A DNA stretch of 64,000 bases from the human T2T-CHM13v2.0 reference genome, Homo sapiens. Both the position numbers and the translations under genes were made by a program. Shown here one piece after another: positions 20,666-42,304 of the stretch (positions within the stretch are counted from its first letter, which is position 1; each line of letters opens with the position of its first letter). The notes under the pieces are model-generated. The model was not told the origin of the DNA and ran no database searches. It was given only the letters and a program-made list of their open reading frames with translations. Location: the NCBI RefSeq assembly GCF_009914755.1, contig NC_060929.1; one strand, 5' to 3'.

Positions 20666-20944
20666 TGGGAATTTATCTTAAGGAAATAATTAAATAGCAA
20701 AAGCTATATGCCCAGAGGAATTCTATCCAGTATTATTTAGAATGGGGTAATAACTGAGAATAGGTATATATTCCTAATAATGTTACATTAACTTTATGAT
20801 TTATATAAATCATAATTATGAAAATTATGCAGAAAACAGGGATAAAGGCTAAGTGTAAAAAAGCACAGACCATAAATAGTGTGTACACTGTAGTTTTACC
20901 TTTATATAAATAATTATGTATTTGGGACAAAAATTAAAATTCTT

Positions 20945-21120
20945 TGCTTGTACTCCAAAGGTGTAGTGTGCAGGCTCAGCAGTGTGAGCATCACCTGAAG
21001 CAGTCAGACATGCAGACTTCCAGGCCCCACCCCAATCCTACCTAAAATAATCTTCATTTTAACAAGATCCCTAGGTAATCCCTAGGTAAACACTAATGCA
21101 AATTTGAGAAGCTTTGGGCT
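20945..21120. mobile_element. MER5A-like hAT-Charlie MITE
   Basis: catcacctg...atgcaga...aggccccaccc...ttttaacaagatccctaggt motif string. Confidence 0.6.
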
Positions 21121-21272
21121 AAATAAGTTGATGGGTTTACTTCCTGATAATAATTTTGATAAGCTTGGGGTGAGTGTAAAACCAGTAACTAATCATTTGG
21201 GAATCATGATCATGCATATCAACAAAATCCACTGTCGTCAGGGCTAATATTGAAGTTTAAATAGTGATTTGT

Positions 21273-21571
21273 CGGCTGGGCGTGGTCTCACTCCCGTAAT
21301 CCCAGCAGTTTGGGAGGCCGAGGCAGGCGGATCACAAGATCAGGAGTTCAACACCAGCCTGGCCAAGATGGTGAAATCCCATCTCTGCAAAAAACACAAA
21401 AATATTAGCCAGGCCTGGTGGCGGGTACCTGTAATCCCAGCTACTCAGGAGGCTGAGAGAGAGAATTGCTTGAACCTGGGAGGTGGAGGCTGCAGTGAGC
21501 CAAGATGGCGCCACTGCCCTCCAGCCTGGGCAACAAAGCGAGACTCTACCTCAAAAAAAAAAAAAAAAAAA
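21273..21571 (+). mobile_element. Alu (S family)
   Basis: Full dimer with poly(A). Confidence 0.9.
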
Positions 21572-22346
21572 GGGATTCACTTTTTTTTCTATAGGTTAGA
21601 TAAGTGTGTGTGTATGTGTATGTATATATATACATAAATAAAAACACTGAGGTCAAAATGGATACATGCTAATAATCTATGGATACTATACTTGGCTTAC
21701 TTTCCCTTTAGGCTAACTTGTGCCAGAAATGGGTACATGCATTTAGCTACCTCATGGCAGTAGCAGTATAGTGGGTTAAATATTAAACTCATTTTGGTGG
21801 ACTTGGGTTTTAAACACTCATCTTTTTTTTGCCCCTTATGAATAATGATTTAACCACTTCGTTTCATTCTTCTTATCTGTTAAACGGAAATAACATCATT
21901 TACTTATAGAGTTATGTATCGTGAAAAAGCAAATGAAATAATCCATATGAAAGCACCTGGAACACAAAGGTATTCAGTAAGTTCCTAGATTAATTCCTAT
22001 ACATGTTTAAAAATATAACATTCCCTCATTTGTGTCTTCTGATCCTACATGTGCAACAATTTGCACAATGATATGGGGGTGGGGTGACGAAGAAAAAATA
22101 CAAAACAGTTTTCAACTAGTATTTCACTGTTCCCCCTGGAAAAATTATAAACTGCTAGACTGTGATGGCCTTATTCACATTTGTTTCTCAGGACACCTAG
22201 TTATAAAACTTATGGTCTTTCCAGTATACCACATTCCTTCCCAAATATGAACTGGAAAGTGTTGAATGAGGTATGAATATTGAACCAGGGCATTAACTTT
22301 TGTCTTGTCCTTAGGGTTTCTTCCTCCAATCCATCCTACAACTTAA

Positions 22347-22891
<545 letters not shown>

Positions 22892-23269
22892 TGTCAACTT
22901 TAAAATAAAAAAAAGAAGTTACTAAACGGCAGGACTGGTTCTATCTGATAGCCCTTTAAAAATCTGAAGACAGTGTGTTTCCCCTTAAAGTAATCTTTTC
23001 TGGTATCAACCGTAAGTATTCTATGTAGGTCAGTTTCTGGGATACCTTAGTTACCTATGCATGAATTACTTTTACTTTGATCAAGTCCACTGTAAAATGT
23101 ATTATCCATTTTCAATACATTATTTTAGATACGGACTTAATAGAAAAAAATCCAAAGGGCATGAGACTCACCTTCAAGAAGGAAAGAAAAATGGAATAGA
23201 ACCACATGAACAATTTATATATACATTCAGTACCATTTATATTTATCACATTAAACTTTGACACACATG

Positions 23270-23830
23270 CCCAGCTACTCTTCCAGAGTGATCCTGTCAC
23301 TTCTCCACTCACAAGCCTTTAGTGGCTTTCCATCTCACCCAGAGAAAAGCCTGACCCCTTACAAAGGCTTGCAGGGCCCATATGATCTGGCACCCTAGTT
23401 CCTTCTGTTCCTCATCTGTTATTCCCTTCATATTCCAACGCAAGAACCTCTTAGCTCTTCCTTGCGTATCCCAAGGAAGTTCTCGCCTCAGGGTCTTTGT
23501 ACCTTTTTTCTTTCCCTGACTAGAATGATATCCCCCAGCAAACAACTGATGAGCCACTTCCCCATTTCCTTCAGGCCAAATGTCACCTTAGTGAAGCCTA
23601 CCCTGACTTCCCTATGTGAAACAGCAACTCCAACGTCCCAGTATTTCCTGTGATCCTTTCTTTGCTTTGCTTTTCTTCATAGTCCTTACCTAATCTAATA
23701 TATAATTTATCCATCTGTCCATCTATTAATTGATTGATGCCTTTCATACTCTTGCTGAAATGTAAGCTCCATGAGGATAGGACTTTTCCATGTTTTGCCA
23801 ACTGCTGTCTAATACTGCCTGGCAAATTAA
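23270..23830 (+). mobile_element. Ancient L2 fragment (bounds approximate)
   Basis: Typical L2 3' motifs: tcagggtctttgtac, aaatgtcacctt, tgtaagctccatgaggatagg. Confidence 0.6.
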
Positions 23831-24118
23831 ATGCTAATTATTATTAGCACAGTATCTGACATACAAGCTCTCAATAAATATTAGCTATTATTATTATCAC
23901 CAAATTATAAGCTTTTAGTAGTTTGTTCTGAAAATTATTAAACCATAGGCATATCTGATAAGACTATAACCTACATAAAAACAAGTACTAGAAATTAATA
24001 GCCACATAAGAATATAGCACCTTCGAAATATATTTATTGCAGTAGTATTAAATAAAGTACTACATATTCTGGTACTATAAAATTCACTGTAAATTTTGTT
24101 TATAAGTCATATATAGTA

Positions 24119-24330
24119 CAGGTTAAGTATCCCCATCCAAAATGATTTGGACTAGAAGTATTTTGGATTTTAGAATATTTGCTTTACTGCCTGAACATCC
24201 CTAATCTGAATATTCAAAATCTGAAATGTTCCAATGAGCACTTCCTTTGTGTGTCATGCTAGCACTCAAAAAGTTTCAGATTTTGGAACATTTCAGATTT
24301 CAGATTTTCAGATTAGGGATACTCAACCTA
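24119..24330. mobile_element. Tigger4a/MER46-like Tc1-mariner MITE
   Basis: TIRs caggttaagtatccc ... gggatactcaaccta flanked by TA. Confidence 0.85.
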
Positions 24331-24645
24331 TATAAAATTTGATTACTTAGCTTCATATCTTTAATTTATATCAGTAGTCCTCAGTCTTTTATTTTTCTCT
24401 ACTACGCTTTGCACTCCCATTGAGAACAGTGGCTCAGTAGAACAGTGATTCTCTGCTAAGTAGGGAGAATGTGGTAGGTAGTGGGTAAGGGTGGGTTGTC
24501 CTGAGTTGAGAATTACTAGTCCACATAGTAGAAACACATTTTTAAAAACAGCTGTGATTAAAAGGGAATAAATGAGTTAAATATATAAAAAAATCAAGTG
24601 TATGTCACAGATCCATTTCTTAATTTATACCCAAATATATACTTA

Positions 24646-24801
<156 letters not shown>

Positions 24802-25361
24802 TCAGTTTATCTGTTCTTGTATTCAGGACATATTTAATGTTTGATGATATAATTAAACATATTAAAGGACAACTACTTGAGTTACTTAAAAAATGTAAGT
24901 AGATTATACTTAACCAACCCTTCAGATTATTTGAATAGGATAAGCTATATAAATCAGAACCATAAAAATAGAGGAAAACAAAAAAAAAAGGGAAAAAATT
25001 TCTGCCTAACATACTTTTCTTTTCCAGCAAGGAAATTGTGCCATGAAATTCAATTAAATGTGTAGCTTAACACTAAAATTTAAAATTAAATGCCTTTCAT
25101 CTCTCATATATTTTTATTGCTAACCTAAAAATCATTCTATGGACTATTAAAATCAATAATTCTAGTGTTTTCCATTGAAAAAAAAAAACAGGGAAAGGAT
25201 GACTGTTGTAGTCTCAAAATTTATGTCACTTACAAAATTAACAAGTTTGAGAAAGCATAATTCTAAAATAGCCTAATTAATTTAAAAACATATAAAACAT
25301 GTTTTATATAGTTTACATGTTTCATAAGGTTTTTTAAAAAACTATATAAATTCTAATATAT

Positions 25362-25526
25362 GAAATATATTAGAATGAACTATATAAAACCTATGATTGT
25401 TTTATATAGTTTTTAAACTTTGTGATTGTTTTATATAGTTTTATGTAGAAACTACATAAAACTATAGTTGTTAAGAAATTACATAAAACAATTATAGGTT
25501 TTATATAGTTCATTCTAATATATTTC
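25362..25526. repeat. AT-rich long inverted repeat with nested perfect hairpin
   Basis: 51-bp arms (25362-25412 and 25476-25526, 3 mismatches); internal 15-bp perfect stem 25434-25448/25452-25466. Confidence 0.9.
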
Positions 25527-25959
25527 TGGTCCAGAATTAATTCTCTATCAAAATTTCTACACAGGAATTAAATTCTACTGTAAAAATGCAGTTTAGGTAC
25601 TTTGTCACATGGATTGCAGCTGACTCACATTTAACACAATTTTATGTTGATACAATGGCCACAAAATGTTACTATTTCTGTAATTTATTGTGACTTTTTA
25701 AATGGCATTGAATATGTATAGTTGGCCTCAATGGAGCAAAAACAAAACAAGTAAAGCAAGTTAATTCACAAAAATTTCTACTTTTGAAAATTTGGGGGCA
25801 AATGAAACTGCCATTTTTATTTGTATCTTAAAGAAAGAGAATCATAATTTAGTTTATGTAAATTAAGAAAGTGATATACGATGAATGCCTTTTGAAAAAT
25901 CATAAAGTTTGCAATTTGTCAATATGCGTTTATTATGTGGCTTCAATTAAAAATTTTCA

Positions 25960-26127
<168 letters not shown>

Positions 26128-28824
26128 TTACATTGACATATGTAGCTAGGACAATGACTGTACCCCTCACCCACCTTTCTAATTTTATGGCACACAGAGG
26201 TCTCGTTATATAGGTACATATGTATTCATACATTAGGGTTGTTGAACTTTTGCCTTTTCAGCAAATATTCAATAGTCAACAGTAGCTCAAATAAGTGAGT
26301 AAATAGCAAAAAAAAAAAGTAACCTTTCTTTTCCAGATAACAAGAACAAAATTTTGCTGCTTTTTATATTGTTTTAAATTACATGAGCATCTTTTCTCCC
26401 AAGGACCAGAAAGGCTTGTAGCTTGTTCCAAGTAAGTTCCTTACCATACCTTTTCTACTGCTTGTTATCCAAATGCTGTCAAGACAAGCAATTAACTAAT
26501 TTCACTTTGCTCAAGAATCCATTTGGTATGATTTGGTGTTTTTTTCCTTTTTATATAAAAAACGGTAAGTGTAAGGTGAATAATGAGGACAATGCATTTC
26601 CATTTGGTTTCCTATACTCAAATCAATCTTTGCCAGATATATGAGAACTATATTTAATGTCTCCTAGAAATTAGACACTTACTTTCATTTTCTTTCAAGT
26701 AAGCAAAAAGAAGAAAGGCAAATCTATGATCAGACATCTATTTCAGCTTCTAGATTATTTCTAAAGAAAAATGCCTGGCAATCCGACGTGCTCCTAATCA
26801 GTTCAACTGATGCTATCATGTCCTCACAAGGACCTCAACAATATTGTAACCCAGGGGGCTTATCAATGCCATTTTAATAAGAGAGAGCATTACATTTTTA
26901 TAAGCCTATTTTTTATTTAATTTTTTTAAAAAAATATACACACAAGGTTTACTGGTTTCTATAACCTCGATTCTTTTCACAGATGACCATCAAACCTAGC
27001 CAACTGGAATAGTTAGCAAAAAACTAGCATTACCCATTCTTAAGTTGGTTTTCTTTCTTTCCAGGTGAAGGAAATGAAATCAGTATGAGGATTTAAGTCT
27101 CTTCTGAAACAGATTAGATTTGAACATATCCAACTTTTAACACTGATTACTAGGTCCATTGTGGTACTGATTCAAATTCCTGGAGTATTCTTATAATTGA
27201 AAGCTTCTTAGCTCTCCTCTTATCTGATGAAAACCAAGTTAAGCATGAAAAATGTAAAATCCACCCAAGCATAACCAGCACCTAGCTCCTAACCTTCATA
27301 CCTCTTCAGCTAGCCTTCTTATGGCTACATTCTAGACCTTGCTGCACTTCAGAAATCATAAATTTCAACATCACATTCTGCCAGTTATTAACAGAAGCTT
27401 CTTTGGGGCCTGAACTGTGACAGGGAGACAGGGCTGGCAACTTAAAAAAAAATCCAGACACAGATCTTTATAAAATTAATATGAATAGCTTTCGTAATAA
27501 TTCTTCTTCTACTTAAAGTTTTATGAAAATATATAAAAATATTTGATTACTACTTCCTATCCCTTCAGTTTTTAAATTTTCTTAGTCTAACTCTCATACT
27601 TCTACTTCATTAGATCCTTGATCCCTCCTACAAGCCTTTTTGTGATTTTTTTCCTTTTACCCATGACTTCTACAATTTTCAGGCACCTAGGTACTTTCCT
27701 GTAGACACCGAAAATTGTTAAGTCTCTTTCATTTAATGTTTTAATTTCTGTGGCTTAGTACAGCTGTGCTCTACATATTCAACAGGGAGCAAGTGCCCAG
27801 TAATCCTATGGGCCCTTAATCAGCTCCCTCACTCTTTCAATCTATTATTCCAGATCCATACTATCTTTCCTCAAAATTGCATCCTCATTCCTATATTTTC
27901 AAGAGATGACATCAAGTTCTACTCCACTAAAAACCAAGAGAAGCCGTTAAGTCTGAGTTTCTTGAGCTTCTCTGCCAAAGCTACAAAGTTAACTGTATTC
28001 ATGTCCACCTTTTCCTCTTTCCATTTAGTCTCACAGTGCTCTTCATGTGCCAAACTAGGTGTACCCTCCACCCTCATCTGGATCCTTGATACTACCCACT
28101 TCTGTGTATTCAAGGACCTAATGCACCAATTATTCCCTCCATTTCTTATCTTCACCTGTTTCTCTCTACTGGTACTCTTTCCCCAGCAGATAAATATGCA
28201 ATACTCTTTTTCTCCAGCAAAAAATAAACCTCCCCACATCTTTTGATCCTCTCAGAGTTAAGTGATCCTGCTTTCTTTTCCTATATTACACCTACCAGAG
28301 ATGTACCTCTATTAAAGCATTTTTCTGGATGCCCTGTAATCACTGATTTTTGACTATATGCCTCATTAGATCATTAGATTGTTGGTTTTTCAAAGCCTTG
28401 GTTACCTCTGTGTCCCTAGCACAATGCTTGGCACGTGGGAGGAAGTCATTAAATATTAGAAAATTGAATCAATGAATGTGTGGATATGTTACATCAAATT
28501 CAAAATAACTCCAGGTTAAAGATAATGAATAAAAATGCTCTATTTAAAAATTAGCACTGTGTTATACATTTGTGTGTAAGAATGACACAACACAGTTCCT
28601 CTGTGTTCTAAGGTGAAACACCTTGAAGGTGGATAGGATTAGAATTAGAATACAAAGGAAGATTTCTTTTGGTGACATGAATTAAAATTTCTAAGTCAAT
28701 ACTTCATTTTAAAGGAGTGAATTAATAATTAAATATGCTAAAATATATACATTACATAAATGTAGACTTTTCAAAATGCTTATTATTAATTACTAACTTC
28801 AAAAGCAAATAAGTTAAATTTTAC

Positions 28825-28891
28825 CTTGCTGTTGCCAAGATATAGTCATAACGTGGAGACCAGGAAACTGCTAATATTTCTTGTCTGTGAC
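28825..28891 (-). CDS. ERCC8: ERCC8 exon 7 ([22 protein letters not shown])
   Basis: Acceptor tatttgcag|GTCACAG, donor CAGCAAG|gtaaaa; 67 nt. Confidence 0.95.
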
Positions 28892-29962
28892 CTGCAAATA
28901 CAACTATATGAAAAGTCTTGCAAGATATCTGAAAAATCAGAAGATAAAGTGCCAATAATTTTGCCTGATTCTGAAGAAAGTGAGGCCAAATATTCAATGT
29001 GAATAGATATGACCATTTTTCAGATTTATAATAATCGATGTTTCAATGCTAATGTGAAGTTTACAGGGGTATTTCAAACATATGGTATTTTATTGTAAAA
29101 GAACTGGTTTTGCTTTGGAAAAAACAGAGTTAAGTAAGTCTTTCTTTTTAAATACAGTTGTTAGCTTATGTCAGTAAATCCATATAACTCAAGCTCAATT
29201 ACTGTAATAAAACATATAAGATAAACATTTTAAAGGATAAAAATGTTTTCCAATTTCTCATAAAGTTATAAGAGAAACCTACTTTAACTCATGCTTGTAG
29301 AAAAGCATTTATATAAAATGTTTTTTTCTAGAAAGCACAGGTGATAAGTTCAAAGGGTGATTTCAATATTTTAATTCACTTTTAGCTAACTGAACTATTC
29401 ACATCAGACATTTCCACCTGCCCAGCTTATATTAATAAAAATTCATAATAATGTCAAAAAATGCTATCTATCTCATCAACTTTTCTTAACATATTTGTTA
29501 TGTGTTTCTTTGAGATCAGTCAAAATATATAAATTATATTCTATCTTTTCATTGTTTAGAATTAGACAATCTAATACTGATAAAAGTAGCAAGAATAATT
29601 TAAATACACCTTTACCAAAGAATTACTTCAATATATTTTTCTAAAATATTTTTACTGAGAAAAAATGTACCTAAATATTAAGAACAATGTTTACTCATTA
29701 GCCAGAATATTAAATAATACATATGAGACAAGTACACTGATGTGAGTTGCATTAGTCTTTTTAATGTAGAAATAACACAAGGTTTTGAGTTAGAACTATT
29801 TTTCATATTGTTTGAGCTTCCCCAATGATCATTGTTCATATAAATGTGTTTTCAATGGTTCAGTTTTATAAGAATAATGCACAGAAGGATCTTTATTTCC
29901 CTGCTGAGTCTCAACAACCAGCACAAAGTACATTAGTCATGTCACTTACAAAGAATACACTG

Positions 29963-30030
29963 TTAGTAACGTTTCTTTTTATTGAATCGTTTACTCAAAG
30001 TAGTTGCCGTTTGAAATAAAATAAAAATAC
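29963..30030 (-). CDS. ERCC8: Intron-6 read-through coding extension of exon 6 (short CSA isoform tail [22 protein letters not shown])
   Basis: Frame stays open past the weak donor CAGG|gtattt to TAA at 29965-29963, giving 205 aa; matches my recollection of an annotated short isoform. Confidence 0.65.
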
Positions 30031-30099
30031 CCTGTAGAATGTGAGAACAGGATCCAGACTTCAAGTCACAAAGTTGTACTTTGGGTCCTCTAGTACCAA
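30031..30099 (-). CDS. ERCC8: ERCC8 exon 6 ([23 protein letters not shown])
   Basis: Acceptor tttttacag|TTGGTAC, donor CTACAGG|gtattt; 69 nt. Confidence 0.95.
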
Positions 30100-31003
30100 C
30101 TGTAAAAACAGAACCGGTTTAAGATAATTTTATCATAAGTCATCATCAAAAGGAAACAAGACATTATCATTAGTAATCATGACATTTTCACTGTATCCAT
30201 GCAGAAATATGAAGATATATGCCAAAATTACATTGTCATTTTTAATGTTTACATTTAGAAAAGTTATTTTAACTACAGTTATATTTTAGTAGTAAGAGAC
30301 CTCTATTATTACATTTATTTTTTATTCTGAAATAATTATAGATTTGCAAGCAGTTGCAAAGCTAGTATAAAGAGAACCGTGTACCCTTCACTAAGTTTCC
30401 CCAACGATTATGTGTGAGGTAACTAAAACACAGTATCAAACCCAGGAAATTTGTATTGGTAAATGTGTATGTATGTATGTACAGTTCTATTCCATTTTAT
30501 CACATCAAATCATTGTATTTTAATAGCTTAGTTTTTCCAAGTTAATGATATACTTCCAATCACTAGTAACAGATTCACAGAAACTGGACACAGACTGAAA
30601 GGACCTCAAGACAACTTAGTTCCTAGCTCTTCTTCACAGATAAAAGAGGTAGAGACTCACATGGTGCCAAAGAAATAATGAATCACAGGGCCCAGATACC
30701 TGATACCAGAAAATCATTTTTTCTTCCTTATATATGAAGATGTTTGTTGCAGGTGCTTTTATATAAATTGATGCTTAATTTGAATCACAATCTTAGAGAA
30801 AGAAAGAATTTCCTTGTTTTATTGTGTCAAATTGGGAAAGTTGCCAAATTTTATTCATGTAAAATCTCTGAAACTTTGGTGGTTTAAAAGGAACTCTTTA
30901 GACAGAAATACGCTCTTATTCTCTGAATCCTGGCCACAGCATAGTGCTTGCCTTGCAAAATATCTGTTGAATATAAATAGTACAATATCTGTTGAATATA
31001 TAT

Positions 31004-31004
<1 letters not shown>

Positions 31005-31060
<56 letters not shown>
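31005..31060. repeat. (GT)7(AT)21 compound microsatellite
   Basis: Read directly; about 110 nt into intron 5. Confidence 0.93.
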
Positions 31061-31066
<6 letters not shown>

Positions 31067-31163
31067 GTGATATTCCTCTGGGTTAAAATGTCTACATCAA
31101 AACTAACTACATATAAAAAGGGAGAAAGTTTTCAGTATGTCAAAAGACAAAAGAATACACTTA

Positions 31164-31268
<105 letters not shown>

Positions 31269-31933
31269 TTAAAAAGTATAAGGTTTAAGTATAAAAACAA
31301 AGCAATAAATTTTCTATTTACTTTTTCCTAAATTTTTAGCTATTTTTAAATTGACTGTTAGCAATTCAACTTAAACATAGGAATGTAATACCCCAAAAAA
31401 CCTTGATAATTTGAAATCCTGTCATTTACAACATTCTTTTCCCTTCTATGAAAAAAAATATGTTTTCCCAATAAATCCCAGAAATTAAGAAAATATAAGC
31501 CTGTGGCTCACCATATTCCTCTCCACCCACCCTGGTGGGGAGGGGGCTCAGCATCTACATGGATGATGTAGCCAGCACTGCCTCTCAGTTCCGTATAACC
31601 TGAGCTACCACACCCAGGACGCTGTCACTACCTAGAATTGCCCCTTCTTTGAAATCATACATTTCAGTTATCTATGACCACAATCTTCTACCATTTTCAG
31701 CTTTTCCCCCTCCAAATACTCTCAAGAAATCTGAATAAACTCTGGAACCCCTAACAGTTCCTTTCATCTACTTCTCTTCCTCTCCAGCTTGGATTTCAAG
31801 GTCCAATACCAATACCAAGGTCAACTGCCAATATCTGCAATTCCTTTGCTAACATCCTTCCACTTGTCAAGACTTCACCCTGGGTGACCCCAAATGTCTG
31901 CCTTCTCTGTACTTATATCCAAATTGATCTACA

Positions 31934-33410
<1,477 letters not shown>

Positions 33411-33729
33411 CTCCTCAGGTAAAAAATCTTATAATTAGGGCAGTGTGACATCACCATAAAAGATTATTCATTTCCTCTGGATTTCAGTAATGACTGCCAG
33501 TCCCACTATATTTCACTTGTATTCTTCTCTGCAGTATTCCTCAGCTATTTCAAATCTTCTCCACAAATATACCAACTCAGTCACAACAGGTAATTTGATC
33601 TTTTATTTCAAGGAGAAAATAGGAGGCAGTCAATCAGAATTTCCTTAATGTCTTACCAACAAACCTACAAACACATTTGCTTCCACTTATCCTTTTTCCT
33701 TCTTCACTCCTGTTATCATAGAAACATGA

Positions 33730-33967
<238 letters not shown>

Positions 33968-34538
33968 TAATGTCAATCCCCCTACTTGTGTTCAGATTCC
34001 CTTCAGCACTGTCAGAAATCTCACCCTATAGATTATCTTCTGGGTATCTATAACCTCTGTCCCCACTGGCTCATTCCCAACAGCACTACAAGTGAAAGTC
34101 TTTTTCATCTTAACACCGCTTCCCTAAGACAAAAAAAACAAAGAGCATTTTCGCCCTACATTCTCCCTAATCTTTCCTCCTCTTCAAATCCAAACTTTGG
34201 CTATCTCTAATTCCTTATCTCCCACGTATTTCTCAACTAATTGCAATCTTATTTTTATCGCACTACTGTAAATCACACTATTCTTCCAATATTACCAATA
34301 TGTTCCTCATCTGATTTAATCTGTCAGTAGCATTCAACACAATTGATTACTCCCATCCTCTTTAAAGCAATCTTTTACAGGCTTCCATTGTATCATATAT
34401 TCCTGATTTTCCTCTTTCTCTCCTTGGCTACATCTTTTCATCACCTTTAGCAGACTTTGCTTTCATTTTTCTGTCCTATTTATCTTTGTCTTCATGGTCT
34501 TGTTCTATGTACTCCTTTCAAATGCCACTTGTATGTTA

Positions 34539-34708
34539 TGGGTTAAGTATCCCTTATCCAAAGTAACTGGGACCAGAAATGTTTCAGAGTTCAGATTTTT
34601 TTTTTTTTGGTTTGGAAGGTTTGCATTATACTTACAAGGTTGAGCATTACAAATCTAGAACTCAAAAAATTTCAAATTTTGAACTTATGGATTAGGGACA
34701 CTCAGTAC
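34539..34708. mobile_element. Tigger4/MER46-like MITE (second copy)
   Basis: ggttaagtatcccttatccaaa...gggaccagaa...gattagggacactca. Confidence 0.75.
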
Positions 34709-35009
34709 ATAGTGAGGCACAAATCTGTATATTCAGTGTAGACCTCACTCCTGAATTCTGGGTATGTATAGATCGATTCCTGGATTATCTTCATTTGGAT
34801 TTCCTGTAAATCCCTCAAACTCAACAAATCGAAAATTGAACTCATCATTCCAACCCTTCCCCATCTTACTAAATAACAAAATAACAATATAATCCACCCA
34901 ATTGTCAAGCCAGAGAACCTGGGGGTCATTCATATAAATACATATATATATATATATATATTTTTTTTTTAAATAATGGCTTTGTCAAGATACAATTCAC
35001 ATTATCATA

Positions 35010-36560
<1,551 letters not shown>

Positions 36561-36569
36561 TATTATCAT

Positions 36570-41750
<5,181 letters not shown>

Positions 41751-41804
41751 GGTAGGAGAGGGAAGATCATATCAATTCAAACATAAAGCTTGTCTGCTAT
41801 TGTA

Positions 41805-42304
41805 GAGTTCTGTAATAATTTTCTACTGATGCAGTAAGGAAAGTACTTACTGTACTTAGTAAGTACCACATACTTAGTAATTTATAACACAAATTTATTA
41901 TCTGTAATAAATCTGTTCTACAAGTTAAAATTCTCACATAGGTCTCAATGGATTATAATCAAGGTGTTGACAGGCTGCATTCCTTTTTGGAGGCTCTAGG
42001 AGAGAATACTTTCTCCATCTTCCAGAGACCACCCACATTTCTTGGCTTGTGATCCCCTTAATCCATCTTCAAAGCTAGCAATTTTACATTTCTCTGGCCA
42101 TTCTCCCAGTCAAATTTACCCCGTCTCCTTCTGCCTCCCACTTCCATTTTTTAAGATTCTTATGATTACATTGGGCCCACTAGGATAATTCAGTATTATC
42201 TCCCTGTCTTGAGGTCAGGTGATTGGCAACCTTAATTCCCCTTCGTATGTTCTAGAGATTAGTACATAGACATCTGGGAGCGGGACATGATGCTGCCTAC
42301 CACA
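41805..42304 (-). mobile_element. MLT1-type (ERVL-MaLR) LTR
   Basis: aaatttattatct, aatcaaggtgttgacaggctg, ggaggctctagg, gattacattgggcccac, ending ctgcctaccaca. Confidence 0.75.
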
